Assembly (NCBI GenBank): GCA_951406725.2
Contig: OX597820.1
Location: forward strand, 7,750,001-7,814,000
Length of the DNA: 64,000 nucleotides
Source of the DNA: Octopus vulgaris
Taxonomy: Eukaryota
Reading direction: 5' to 3'
Of this stretch, positions 13,745 through 26,208 are shown one piece after another. The stretch's first letter is position 1. Each line of letters begins with the position of its first letter. The translations under genes and the position numbers were made by a program. The notes below the pieces were generated by a model, which saw nothing but the letters and a program-made list of their open reading frames with translations, was not told the origin of the DNA and did no database searches.

Positions 13745-13782
13745 CTGTCTGATGAACGGCAACGAGAAACTCAGAGTAACAG
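13745..13782 (+). ncRNA. Type I minimal hammerhead ribozyme
   Basis: CUGU-CUGAUGA-A CG GCAA CG A-GAAA-CUC A GAG-UA-ACAG: stem I CUGU/ACAG, canonical core, quasi-palindromic stem III, GUA cleavage triplet. Confidence 0.78.
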
Positions 13783-13884
13783 ATTTTGTTGAATTTTCTG
13801 CTGCTTAAAATAAAGCATATTACTCTACCCCTGGTATTTGAGTACTCTTTTTTCCACCTTGTTTCACATTTATGTGTTTACTCC

Positions 13885-13961
<77 letters not shown>

Positions 13962-15003
13962 GAGTATATATATTGTACGTGTAGTTATTTAGCACCGTCT
14001 TTTTCTTTTGTAATGTAACTAGTTTCTACTCCAGTCTCTTATTATCAGGCATAGTGTATCTAGGACTACATTATCTAATAGTTCCTTCTCATTTCGAAGG
14101 CAGTAATTTGAGTTTGAGATTGAGCTCTAGCCGCTATTTCTAGCACGGCGACTTCCTTCTCTGCCACCTCCTACTCTTCGTGGGCATCCAATCAAATGGT
14201 GACACGTTTACACACTAAACTAATCGTTAAGTATATGACACGCTACATTACAGTCATATTATTCTTATTACTGTTGTGTTGTGCTGTGTGTTAGAGAAAC
14301 AACGCGAAGTGCTGCTGGCTATTGTATTAGGAGGGTAATTGGATTAGCAGAAGATTAAAGTAATCAATGAGACAACTCTATTCTTATGACTAAGTCTTCC
14401 TCTCTCTTTATGTCTGTCTCTGTATGTCTATGAGCGTCTCCCTCTCTCGCTCTCCCTCACTCGCTCTCCCTCTCTCCCTTTCTCTCGTCAGCATCAGCGA
14501 ATATCTCACAGCGTGTGATAAATGGCTTCTCTATGTGTTGTGGCGATGGAAGATTAGAGTGATGAAAGCTAAGCAGATGACACTTGAGATGAGAAGATTG
14601 TTCAGAAATGTAATTGAAATGTTCGGAATTAGTTCGAGTCTACGACAGAGGCGGTGGTGTTAGTGGTGGTGGCGGCGGCGGAGGTTGTTTTCATGGTGGT
14701 GGTGACGAGGAGACACGAGAAAGTAACGGTCAGAGTTAATCTCATTACACTTTAGACTTGAGAAGAAGAAGAAGAAGAAGATGGGGGGGGGGTTCGTTGA
14801 CATTCTTCAGTTTCACAATATACAAGTGGATTTAGACGGTGGAAAAATGGAAGCAGTTGCTATTGCGACCGCTCGGGGAATAACAGAAAGCCAACAAATA
14901 CAGTCGTGAATATTTGACATCTTGTCAAAACATTTGGATGGTGTTGTACCTGTTGTTTAGCCCTAGGTCAATCATGATCCAGTAGATGTGAATTCCAAAC
15001 GGC

Positions 15004-15390
15004 CTGAAGACACCTATTTCTTTATTACCCAAAAGGGGCTAAACACAGAGGGGACAAACAAGGACAGACATAGATATTAAGTCGATTACATCGACCCCAG
15101 TGCGTAACTGGTACTTAATTTATCGACCCCGAAAGGATGAAAGGCAAAGTCTACCTCGACGGAATTTGAACTCAGAACGTAAAGGCAGATGAAATACCGC
15201 TAGGCATTTGGACCGGCGTGTTGACGTTTCTGCCAAGACACCTCCGAAAGCGACGGCCCCGCTACGTCAAAACGGTAGAGGAGTAGGGGCCGAAACCGGA
15301 CGTGGTTCCTCCTGATGATGTCTTGAGCTAACTGGATCCTATAAAGGAGCTCTTGTGGTAGCAGACCACGAAACACGGTTGTAATTCCTT
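15004..15390 (+). mobile_element. pLTR-like repeat with hammerhead-like motifs, interrupted by SINE C
   Basis: 15235-15390 is the reverse complement of 27521-27680; contains CTGAAGA, GGCCCC..GGGGCC-GAAAC and CTGATGA...GAAAC. Confidence 0.65.
15016..15234 (-). mobile_element. SINE family C, slightly 5'-truncated, with 9-bp TSD
   Basis: TSD AAGACACCT at 15007-15015 and 15235-15243; body matches 56747-56973; central GCCTTTCATCCTTTCGGGGTCGATAAA motif. Confidence 0.9.
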
Positions 15391-15919
15391 CTTCAATAAT
15401 ATTGTTCAAACTGCATTTCACAGATATTTGCCTGCTATTTGTTGCATATCAAACGGAAGTGTTGAGGCACGTTCTATTATTGCTGTTGTCGTTGTAATTG
15501 TCGCTTAACCGTAGGTCAACTATGCTCCAGCAGATTTATAATCGAAGGAATTCCAGCTGTGAACTCTTCCTTCATTACGACAATAAGGAACTGCATTTTT
15601 CTGCTCCAGGTCAAACGACTGAATGAAAGCGCTTTCTTTTATTGTTTGTTCCTATGTCACTCACACTCCTACAATTTTATATTCAACGGTGCTTTAGCTG
15701 TGGCCATCTCCGGTCCTGTTCACCCACCGTCTATCTAATAAACTGCATTATGTAACGTAATCTTTCACACGGCTGAAACCAGATTTTAGGGAAAAGTCAG
15801 TTGTTGCTTACATTCCTATTGTTTTTGTTGTTGTGTAGCCCCAGATCAGACAAAATATTTAGTCGTATAATATCGTGTATGTATGTGTGCGTGTGTATTC
15901 ATAAAAGCTTGGTTAATAT

Positions 15920-17000
15920 ATTATCTCTCTTTTCCAAAATGAGTGAGTATGCAGTATGTGTCTGTTCTTAAACATATTTCCTGAGAAGCCAATATATTTT
16001 GTCTCGGTACCTTGTGCAGTTGTTAACTTTTCTCTTTAAGTAAAGGTCTTTGTGAAGAACAAACCGCAAGATAGAACGCGTGGCTTCTGAAATCGCTGAG
16101 GACATTGGCTGAGCTTGGATATTTGAGATATGAAATTATTGAAGAGACATTAACTTACCTAAGCAGTTTGCTTATTAATATACCAATGATATATTCTTCT
16201 TCCTATTTCTGCTGGGCCTCATGGACGAGTACTTTGAACATGCATCTGCCAAAGGACAGGTGAGATGATATTCTTAAAGTTCTATTGTCTTCCTTTTCTG
16301 ATTTTGATTACGAGAAAGCAATTGTTTATGTTAGTTGCTTCTTAGTTTCTATAGAAATAGGTTTTGGCTGTAGTGAAGTACAATGCATAAAATGATAGCT
16401 GCTCTAAAGTTAATGCTCATAGGTGTCTATTCTTAAGGTGATCTAGAATGTAAAGATCGGAAGTTCACAAAGTTTACAACCACCTTGTACAAACGCTGGA
16501 GACTTCAAGTAAGTCACCTGTTTTTACTCATCATAAAAAAGTAGCGACATCTTCGCGTTCGTTACAATACTGTTATCTGTCTCGTGAAAATTAACCAATG
16601 TTTTATTGATGAATAATGCTTTTGAAAGATGGAGAACTGCTCAGTGATTGACTGATGAAATTGCGTAATATAAAAGTAAATCTGTTTTCTAGTAGCTTGG
16701 CTGCCTTTATTAACATTTCCAACTCGTTTAGAAGGACGTTTTTACATAGAAGATTAGACAAAATGCTGGTCTTATGGTCCTTCAGGTTGATATATGGCTT
16801 ACACATCTGCTCTGATGACCATTTTTAGTTAGGAGGCAAATATATTTGCTTCATAGTTGATTATTTCGGGATTCATCTTGTAAGATTTAATAATGGTTCC
16901 AGACAACAGTTTGGAACGTATAGAGGTTTCTAATAAAGATGGAATTTTGCTGCTAAATATTCATATGCCAAATAAGTGTTTCAAGGTTTCCGTTTGATCG
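15920..17000 (-). pseudogene. Heavily decayed Penelope-like RT plus C-terminal GIY-YIG ORF
   Basis: Collinear minus-strand motifs YINLKDHK (cf. PLE ITLKDHK), LCEL../LYILDHL (cf. EVCELVGLYIL) and TKYIGFSGNMFKNRHILHTHSF (cf. YIGxT..FKxRxxxHxxSF); many stops and frameshifts. Confidence 0.6.
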
Positions 17001-17439
17001 TTTGGACGTTACTGAACTAGTGCTTCGTTGTGTTCATTAAATCAGGTTCAATTCTTCCGATGTCCAAATTGTGTTGGAAGGAAAAATGCAAGACTCCCAA
17101 ACTTCTGAATGCAAGTGTAGAGGAGGTGTTCTTTCCTGCATATAAACGCAAAAAATCACACGGAAACAGGAGGAAAACGAAATAAGAAAGAAGCAACAAT
17201 TTAAATATAATCAACAAAAAGATGCAGGAGTAACAAAGAGTACAAATCATGAAATCAATGGAACAATATAATGAGTGATTTTTGACTGAATAACAGGAGA
17301 GCAGTGGGCGTATGTGTGTATATGTGTGAGTGTGAGTATGTATGTATGTGTGTGTGTATGTGCACATGGAGTGTAATGGAGTCTGCATTTGTGCAAAAGC
17401 GCATGTGAGTATTTAAATACGTATATATATACATGTGTG

Positions 17440-17629
17440 TGTATGTATACCGGTCTATATATATGTGTGTGTGTGTGTACATGTGTGTATATATATATAT
17501 ATATAGTGTGTGTGTATGTGTATGTATGCATATATATATATATGTATGTATGCATATATATGTATGCATGTATGTATGCATATATATGTATGTATGCATA
17601 TATATATATATATATATACATATGTATGC

Positions 17630-17661
<32 letters not shown>

Positions 17662-17667
17662 GTATGC

Positions 17668-17705
<38 letters not shown>

Positions 17706-17720
17706 GTATGTATATGTCTG
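17440..17720. repeat. Degenerate (TA)/(TATG)/(TGCATA) microsatellite
   Basis: Directly visible. Confidence 0.9.
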
Positions 17721-18032
17721 TTTGAATGTATATAATGTATGTATGTTTATACACGTATATATTTCTATGTCTATACACTCGCATATGTATGTATACATTT
17801 TTGTTTATAGTGTGTATACGTGGGGGGGGGGATGAAGAAGACATTCCGCCATTCAGAAGATGTTTGCGCGTATACACAGGTGAGTAGATCCTATTGGGTG
17901 TATACGTAAATGCGTATGTCAGAGAGAAAAAGGGCGGAGATGGGTGGGCGAAGAGAGAAAATGATTTCATGGAAATAGGAAATTGATATATATTAGGGTT
18001 TTAAAAAAATAACTCTTATTGATCAGTCGTTT

Positions 18033-18034
<2 letters not shown>

Positions 18035-18069
<35 letters not shown>

Positions 18070-18118
18070 CTATCTATCTTTCCCACACTCTTTTTCTCTC
18101 AATCTCTCTCTGTCTGTC

Positions 18119-18165
<47 letters not shown>

Positions 18166-18183
18166 ATATATAGACAGATAGAC

Positions 18184-18218
<35 letters not shown>

Positions 18219-18252
18219 CAGACAGACGGACGGACGGACGGACGGACGGACG

Positions 18253-18298
<46 letters not shown>

Positions 18299-18311
18299 TA
18301 GACAGATAGAC

Positions 18312-18362
<51 letters not shown>
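18035..18362. repeat. (CT)n-(GATA)n-(GACG)n-(GACA)n-(GATA)n array
   Basis: Directly visible. Confidence 0.95.
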
Positions 18363-18678
18363 AACGAGTGTAAGTGATTGAAAGTATGTGTGTGGATACA
18401 TTTTTTATTAGCAGTCCATGTTGCTCAATATTCAGGTTAGCATGCAGATTGATGTGTGGGGGGGGGTGCCTGTGTCTGCATGCATGTGTGCGTGTGCATG
18501 CGTGTGTATGTGAATTCGTGTGTGTGTAAGCTTGCATGTGTGTGTGTATCTGTCTGCGTGCATCTGTGTGCGCATGCGTGTGTGTATGTGTGTGAATGTG
18601 TGTGAGTGTTCATTTTTTAAATGCAGTTAAATGTGTATGCATATGTGTGAATGTATGTATAAATGCATGTATGTACGT

Positions 18679-18714
<36 letters not shown>

Positions 18715-19029
18715 TTGTATATATTTTCATAGGCATACACACACAAACGTGCGCATTCACATATACACACATATGTGTGTGTGTTAGTATATTCACACGT
18801 GCACATTAAAAAATGCATCTGCAACATATGCGCACCACCGTATGTAAATGTGTGTGTGTGGGGGCGTGGGCGTGGGCATCCGCGCGTGAAGGTGTTTCTA
18901 TATATTTTGGACTCGTATTAATTTATGTTTGCCCATGTATTTATATCCATATTTACAATCCATATGTAAATAAGCGCTGGTTCGAAACACGCTGCAAGAG
19001 GGCGAAAGGAGAATTTGGTGGAGACGGGA

Positions 19030-19620
19030 ACAGAAGAAGGGATCTGGCAGAAGAAGGGGTGCAGGAGGGGAAGAGAGCGAGAGGAAAAGAGGGGAGAGAA
19101 GAAGGGGTCTGGCAGAAGAAGGGGTGCAGGAGGGAAAGAGAGAGAGAGAGGAAAAGAGGGGAGAGAAGAAGAGAGAGAGGGGAAAAGAGGGGAGTGAAGA
19201 AGAGAGAGAGGGGAAAAGAGGGAAGAGAAGGAGAGAGGGAGAGGAGAGAAGGAAAGAGGGAGAGGAAAAGAGGGAAGAGAAGAAGAGAGAGAGGATAAAA
19301 GAGGGGAGAGAAGAAGAGAGAGAGGATAAAAGAGGGGAGAGAAGAAGAGAGAGAGGAAAAGAGGGGAGAGAAGAGAGAGAGAGAGGAAAAGAGGGGAGAG
19401 AAGGAGAGAGAGAGAGAGAGAGAGGAAAAGAGGAGAGAGAGGAAGAGGAAGAGGATAAAAGAGGGTAGAGAAGAAGGGAGAGGGAGAGGAAAAGAAGGGA
19501 GAGAAGAAGAGAGAGAGGATAAAAGAGAGTAGAGAAGAAGGGAGAGAGATGAAAAGAGAGGAGAGAAGAAGAGAGAGAGAGAGAGAGAGGAAAAGAGGGG
19601 GGAGAAGAGGGGAGAGTGAA
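19030..19620. repeat. Polypurine minisatellite, ~30-bp unit GAGAGGAAAAGAGGGGAGAGAAGAAGAGA
   Basis: About 590 bp almost exclusively A/G with a recurring unit. Confidence 0.9.
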
Positions 19621-20493
19621 GGAGGTGTGATCTATCGATATATCTATCTTTCTAATTGTGTTTGTTGTGCGAAGTGATAAATCTTTAAGTTAAATAATGT
19701 AAACAATAAACAAAATATTAGCAACAATGTAACAACAGTAACAAGAATATAACAACCGTAAAAGTTAACAACAACAGCAATAATACGAGAGAAGACATCT
19801 CTTCTCCCCACCCCCACAACCACCACCCCCACTGACTCACAACGAACGAAAAAAGCGATGAAGTTATCGAAAGAAGATGGCGGAGACAAGGAATGGAAAT
19901 TCGGTTTGGTATAAGAAAACGATAAGTTTGTAGAATGTATTGAATGAGAATTTGTGAAGGATCGATAACGGTTGAGGGTTCAAGAGGATGGAAGATTAAG
20001 GTGAGGGTCGGGCGAAGACGGTTACATTGGGGGCAGAGTGTCTTTTTTGTCTTTTGCTTCTTTTTTTTTTCTTTTTTGGTGGATGTTTATTTTTTTATTT
20101 ATTTATGTCTTGAAGCTTTCTCATTTATTATTTGCGGTGGTGATGTTCAGTTGTGGAGCGGAGATGGGGTGAGGTGGGGGGAAGGGAGAAAGAGTAAAGC
20201 TGTAAACGATGAGTTGTGTATTTTGTTTTTGTGTAAATATATATAAAAGGTGATATATTAACAAGAGGAATTGGGAGATCCGGTTTCGCTCTCGGGCCTG
20301 CCTGCCTGATGAGCGTGTCGTTTGGACATGAATGCTGACTTTTAGTTCAGTGTGTGTGTGAGTGTGTGTGTGTGTGCATGAAGGTATGTGGCTGACTGGT
20401 CAAGGTGTTTAACTTACTCATGATTACAAGGTCGGGTGTTCAGTTCTTAAACTAGACCCTGTGTTGTGTCTCTGAGCAAGGTATATATATATA

Positions 20494-20727
20494 TTAGATT
20501 AAAGTGAATATGGTACTTAAGTTCAAGGCACCAGAATTTTGTATGGTATTATCCATATAAATCAAATGGGGTGATTATAATCAAAAGAAGCAACAAGGAT
20601 ATCCAAGGTAGAGTGGTACAATCGTTTCATTCTATTAAACTGATGTAATACTTACAGCGTTTAATAAAATGAAGTAGCATGAAACAATTGTACTATTCTA
20701 CCTTGGATATCCTTGTTGCTTATTTTG

Positions 20728-20729
<2 letters not shown>
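20494..20729. mobile_element. Family E fold-back element between TA tracts (imperfect arms 20580-20640 / 20660-20729)
   Basis: ATCAAAAGAAGCAACAAGGATATCCAAGGTAGA... vs ...TCTACCTTGGATATCCTTGTTGCTTATTTTGAT; GAAAC-AATT-GTA hammerhead-like 3' half. Confidence 0.75.
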
Positions 20730-20759
<30 letters not shown>

Positions 20760-20760
<1 letters not shown>

Positions 20761-20950
20761 CTTTTGCTTGTTTCAGTCATTAGACTGCGGCCATGATGGG
20801 GCACCACCTCGAAATTGTAGTCAAATGACTCGACCCCCAGTACTTCTTTTCTTATTTATTCTATCAGCCTTTTTTGTCGAACTGCTAAGTTACCAGGACA
20901 TAAACACACCAACACTGGTTGTCAAGCGGGACAAGTGACAAAGGCAGACA
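20760..20950 (-). mobile_element. SINE A 3' half (diverged)
   Basis: Matches the family A tail. Confidence 0.8.
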
Positions 20951-20970
20951 CACACACATGCACGCATACG

Positions 20971-21055
<85 letters not shown>

Positions 21056-21162
21056 TGCTCAACATTTTAAAACCTATGTAATACTTACAATGTTTAATAA
21101 AATGATGTAGCATGAAACGATCGTACAAAATTACCGAAGATATTCTTGTTGCTTACTTTGAT
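21056..21162 (+). mobile_element. Family E fragment
   Basis: ATGTAATACTTACA...GCATGAAACGATCGTAC...CTTGTTGCTTA matches 20644-20729. Confidence 0.75.
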
Positions 21163-21163
21163 A

Positions 21164-21320
21164 TGGCTGTGTGGTAAGTAGCTTCTCTACCAGCCACATG
21201 GTTCCGGGTTCAGTCCCACTGCGTGACACCTTGGGCAAGTGTCTTCTACTATAGCCTCGGGCCGACCAAAGCCTTGTGAGTGGATTTGGTAGACGGAAAC
21301 TGAAAGAAGCCCGTCGTATA

Positions 21321-21368
<48 letters not shown>

Positions 21369-21574
21369 TGTGTCTGTTTGTCCCCTAGCATTGCTTGACA
21401 ACCGATGCTGGTGTGTTTATGTCCCCGTTACTTAGCGGTTCGGTAAAAGAGACCGATAGAATAAGTATTGGGCTTACAAAATAATAAGTCCCGGGGTCGA
21501 GTTGCTCGATTAAAGGGCGGTGCTCCAGCATGGCCGCAGTCAAATGACTGAAACAAGTAAAAGAGTAAAAGAGT
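21164..21574 (+). mobile_element. SINE A, near full-length
   Basis: Matches family A throughout. Confidence 0.92.
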
Positions 21575-22369
21575 ATATATATATATATGCCGATTTGAAG
21601 CACTAAATAGTGATTTATATAAATATGCCTTTGTTACTTCTTCAAATGTTTCAGACATATTCGAATCCGTAACACAATCATTCTCTGCATCCTGTCACGA
21701 AGAACTAATCTCTAAAAGGCGTAAACACAACAGGTCAGTTTGAAGCGCCTTCTATCTGCAGCGATAGATGCATTCATTTTGAAGTAGTTATCCTCTCATC
21801 AACATCAACGTCTGGAAAGAGAGACAAGTTGGAACTAACTAAAAGAAGCCAACCAAATTACTTTGACTGGTGGCGCTTACTGTCAGTCAGGCCGTTGTAA
21901 AATACGGATTAGAAGCGTCTAGCAGGGATTTATATAAATATAAACTTATTATCAATTCAAAGACACACTCGAACTCACATGAAGGCCGCTCCCTGCATTT
22001 TCACGGACAAATATTCTTGTATGTATATGCATATGTGAACATATATTACATATGTGTTGTGTGAGCAGATGCTAGTGCAGGTGTCGCAAAAATAAGCACC
22101 AGATTAGTGCTCAGAATAATGAAATTTTTAAACTCCAACTTCTTAATAATGGTAAATTGTCCCGCTGAACAAGAGTTGGTCATAAGAAAAGCAAAATTCG
22201 GGGCAAATGTTCCCATATTCCTGCATGAAGATACTCACATATCAAGATCCATGCGAGTTGATAATATCAATTGATTATATACACCTGATTGTATAATATG
22301 CATTATACTATTAACCATTCACCGCCTTTTGAAACAGCTGTTAAGTCTCATTTTCATCTTGCAAGATAC

Positions 22370-22426
<57 letters not shown>

Positions 22427-22858
22427 ACAACTCATATATATGTAACAACTCATAAATGAATTCATCTATAATTGCTTGGACGTCATTCCTCTCTGTATAC
22501 ATATACGCACATATGCATACATGTTTGTGTGTGTGTTGTAGGTGTCATTGATGTACTTAGAATTAATCATGCGATAGATAGGTAAAATAGTGACATTCTA
22601 TGAAAGTAAATTTAATAAATAAATTAATGAGACCTAATTTGTAAAGCTTTAATTAGGAAATCTGGTAATAAAAGAATTTTATATCAAAAATATTGTCAAA
22701 TGGTTTATGGTGTAAAGTTGGTTGATTTACTGTCAAACTGTCAACACTGAACTGTGTACACCTCAAAATAGCATACACACACAAACACACACACTGACAT
22801 AAATAATTATGCATAAATGTATATACAATCATTATACAAATTCGTATATATATACATG

Positions 22859-22935
<77 letters not shown>

Positions 22936-23180
22936 CAATTAAGGATAACTTCTTAATAAGGAATCTTAACAAGAAATGATCAGGTAGTTAGCGTGAAAAA
23001 CCTCATAAGAGAAAAAATTCGAAAATAATTTTTTTCTTTTGAACATATTAATTATAATGTATAGAGGGCATTATTACACATAAATGCCTCACACTAAGAG
23101 GGACAAAGTCATTACTACCAAAATTACACTAATCATACCTAATGCAGTTCTTCAAAGCAAGACATTTAAAAAATGAATTT

Positions 23181-23238
23181 AGTTCTGTATCACCGTGATT
23201 TCACATTTAACTTACGTCTTATGATCCTCAGCAGAACT
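23181..23238 (-). ncRNA. Type I hammerhead ribozyme
   Basis: AGUUCUG-CUGAGGA-UCAU AA GAC GUAA GUU AA AUGU-GAAA-UCAC G GUGA-UA-CAGAACU. Confidence 0.8.
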
Positions 23239-23765
23239 GATTCTGAACACATCATAAATAAACCACCAACCTTACCTAGCGAAGACGAACAGACATCTAT
23301 TCACTCCGGCCAAGCACATGGAATGTTTATAAATCATATATTCGGTAAATGGCGGGCTTTTTCGAACTGCATGTCGGATAAGAAAAGTATTTCGGAATAA
23401 ATTTAACAATTAAGGATAACTTCTTAATAAGGAATCTTAACAAGAAATTATCAGGTAGTTAGCGTGAAAAACCTCATAAGAGAAAAAATTCGAAAATAAT
23501 TTTTTTCTTTTGAACATATTAATTATATTATATAGAGGGCATTATTACACATAAATGCCTCACACTAAGAGGGACAAAGTCATTACTACCAAAATTACAC
23601 TAATCATACCCAAATACAGTTCTTGTCCGACATGCAGTTCGAAAAAGCCCGCTATTTACCGAATATATGATTTATAAACATTCCATGTGCTTGGCCGGAG
23701 TGAATAGATGTCTGTTCGTCTTCGCTAGGTAAGGTTGGTGGTTTATTTATGATGTGTTCAGAATC

Positions 23766-23822
23766 AGTTCTGCTGATGATCATAGACGTAAGTTAAATGT
23801 GAAATCACGGTGATACAGAACT
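23766..23822 (+). ncRNA. Type I hammerhead ribozyme
   Basis: 7-bp stem I AGUUCUG/CAGAACU, CUGAUGA core, GNRA-capped stem II, GAAA, quasi-palindromic stem III, AUA triplet. Confidence 0.82.
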
Positions 23823-23978
23823 AAATTCATTTTTTAAATGTCTTGCTTTGAAGAACTGCATTAGGTATGATTAGTGTAATTTTGGTAGTAATGACTTTGT
23901 CCCTCTTAGTGTGAGGCATTTATGTGTAATAATGCCCTCTATACAATATATATATATATATATATAAATATATATATA

Positions 23979-24379
23979 GGCGCATGAGTGGCTGTGTGGT
24001 AAGTAGCTTGCTAACCAGCCACATGGTTCCGGGTTCAGTCCCACTGCGTGGCATCTTGAGCAAGTGTCTTCTGCTATAGCCCCGGGCCGACCAATGCCGT
24101 GTGAGTGGATTTGGTAGAAGGAAACTGAAAGAAGCCTGTCGTATATATGTATGCATATATATATATATATATATGTGTTTGTGTTTGTACCCCCAGCATT
24201 GCTTGACAACCGATGCTGGTGTGTTTACGTCCCCGTCACTTAGCGGTTCGACAAAAGAGACCGATAGAATAAGTACTGGGCTTACAAAGAATAAGTCCCG
24301 GGGTCGATTTGCTCGACTAAAGGCGGTGCTCCAGCATGGCCGCAGTCAAATGACTGAAACAAGTAAAAGAATAAAAGAG
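23979..24379 (+). mobile_element. SINE A, full-length
   Basis: Matches family A throughout. Confidence 0.92.
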
Positions 24380-25237
24380 AATATATTCATGTTCGGACAC
24401 ATCTATGTATATTCATATGAACAGATAGATAGATAGACAGCGATAGAGATATAGATACATACATAAATACATTCAAACATATATACTCACATTCATACAT
24501 AAATACATATGTAAGTTTCTTTATATCTATCCATATATACGTGTATGTGTAAGTGTGCACTACCACGCGCGCTGGCGTGTGTGTGTGTATGTGTTTCGTT
24601 GCAAATACGACGAGAATATTGATTATCTTCATGCAAACCCATATCAACAATTTTGCTGTTACAACTTTACTTCCAGGCTGCAAATATTAGATTCCTGGAC
24701 TTTCATCCGCCATACAAGGCTACTTATATTCTCTTCCATATTCTGCCGCTATTAATAACGGATTTTTAAAATCTATTTCTCTTTTTACTAAACCAACAAG
24801 AATTCTAAAGAACCAAGATGTTCGAATATTCAACCGTTTTATGATAACTAAGAATGGTGAATATCAATCGCATCTCTACTCATTTACAAGCCCAAACGTT
24901 ATATCACAACTAATGAGAAGTCTCTGAAATGTAGCACGAAATGATGTTAGTAGATACAGATTTATTAAACAAAGGATAAGTGATATTATATAAAGTACTC
25001 CAAGATACTGCTAAAAAGATGGTATTGTCACTTCTGGATTTTGTTTTATCGTTTCTTTGATCAGGTAATCCTTTAAATTAATTACATTTGCACATTGGGG
25101 GATAATACTTCAAACAATATCAACTTGTAGATTACTGAAATATGCAAATCATTACAAAACGGCTGTCACAGATGTGATCTATGTATAACGAAAAAAAAAG
25201 ACTATTCATTAAACATATCACTGCAGCCAGGACTGTC

Positions 25238-25505
25238 GAGGATGCATGGCCTAGTGGTTATGAAGTTGTACTTACGATTGAGAGGTCATAGTTTCAATCC
25301 CTGGACAGGATGGTGCGTTGTGTTCTTGACTAGAACACTTCATCTCACAATGCTCTGCAATCACTTGGACACCCGACCTGTCGTCCACTGAGCACCTGTA
25401 TAGGCAATATCGATTTGATGGAGGGAGTGAGCGAAAGTATAGCACAAACATTTGATCACTATAAACAAATCATTTGTGCCGGTCGTTCAATAAGAATTTG
25501 CAGAA
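25238..25505 (+). mobile_element. Old tRNA-headed SINE
   Basis: TGGCCTAGTGG A-box, GTTTCAATCCC B-box, TGTGTTCTTGA.TAGAACACTT central motif. Confidence 0.6.
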
Positions 25506-25758
25506 CAGTCTTTCTCGGTTCCTGAAATTAAGCATGTAAATACAGCCAGAATTTATTTGCATGCTAAATTAGAGGGTGTCATGAAATGCAGATTCGGATA
25601 TAAATCTATTTTACGGAGCAGATTACAACAGCATAGAATATGTAATTTCGTGCGAGTGTGAAAGTATGTGATCTTTGCAAATATGTATATGAGAGGTATT
25701 GGTATCCAGAAGACCCAAGGTGGCAGGTAAGGCTATCTAAGTGTATGGAACTGCAACT

Positions 25759-26063
25759 CGGAGGCACATGGCCTAGTGGTTAGAGCAGCGGACTCGCGGT
25801 CGAGGGATCGTGGGTTCGAATCTCAGACCGGGCGATGTGTGTGTTTATGAGCGAAACGCCTAAGCTCTACGCGGCTCCGGCAGAAGGTAATGGCGAACCT
25901 CTGCTGACTCTCGCCACAACTTTCTTTCACTCTTTCCTCTTGCATCTTGCAGCTTACCTGCGACGAACCGGCGTCCCGTCCAGATGGGGAACCTATACGC
26001 CAAGAAACCGGGAAACCGGCCCTTATGAGCCAGGCATGGCTCGAGAAGGAACTAACAAACAAC
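25759..26063 (+). mobile_element. SINE B, tail type 2, with 14-bp TSD
   Basis: TSD ATGGAACTGCAACT at 25745-25758 and 26064-26077; family B head; AAC-repeat end. Confidence 0.9.
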
Positions 26064-26208
26064 ATGGAACTGCAACTATAACATCCTACATATATTTGTT
26101 TTCATTTTTATTATCTAATTTCCTTTTATGCTTCTTATGTTCATCCCTTTCCAGAATTACTCCGTATATTGAACTCTACTATTGCCCTCTATGTAACCAT
26201 CTCACATC

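Larger units (their letters stand above)
13599..13887. mobile_element. Palindromic PLE pLTR-like element in (TA)n; ~217-bp spacerless palindrome (13599-13815) with one hammerhead per arm
   Basis: Centre AATCTA|TAGATT at 13706/13707; arms differ by one indel; right arm extends ~70 bp to (TA)n. Confidence 0.85.
22932..23946. mobile_element. Non-coding PLE pLTR / retrozyme-like element: ~1.5 tandem units of ~472 bp plus an inverted ~320-bp copy, inserted in (TA)n
   Basis: 22932-23139 repeats directly at 23404-23610; 23625-23945 is the reverse complement of ~23057-23378; one hammerhead in each orientation. Confidence 0.85.

Noticed and set aside
14952-15000. Traces of an ancient SINE-like family (TTTAGCCC.AGGTCA and GCTATTTCTA motifs; also 3225, 14130, 15505, 47630, 54020, 58810)
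   Set aside because: Probably real, but too diverged to delimit or classify by eye
22190-22230. MGTFAPNFAFLM resembling PLE RT motif B
   Set aside because: Isolated; no flanking RT motifs found
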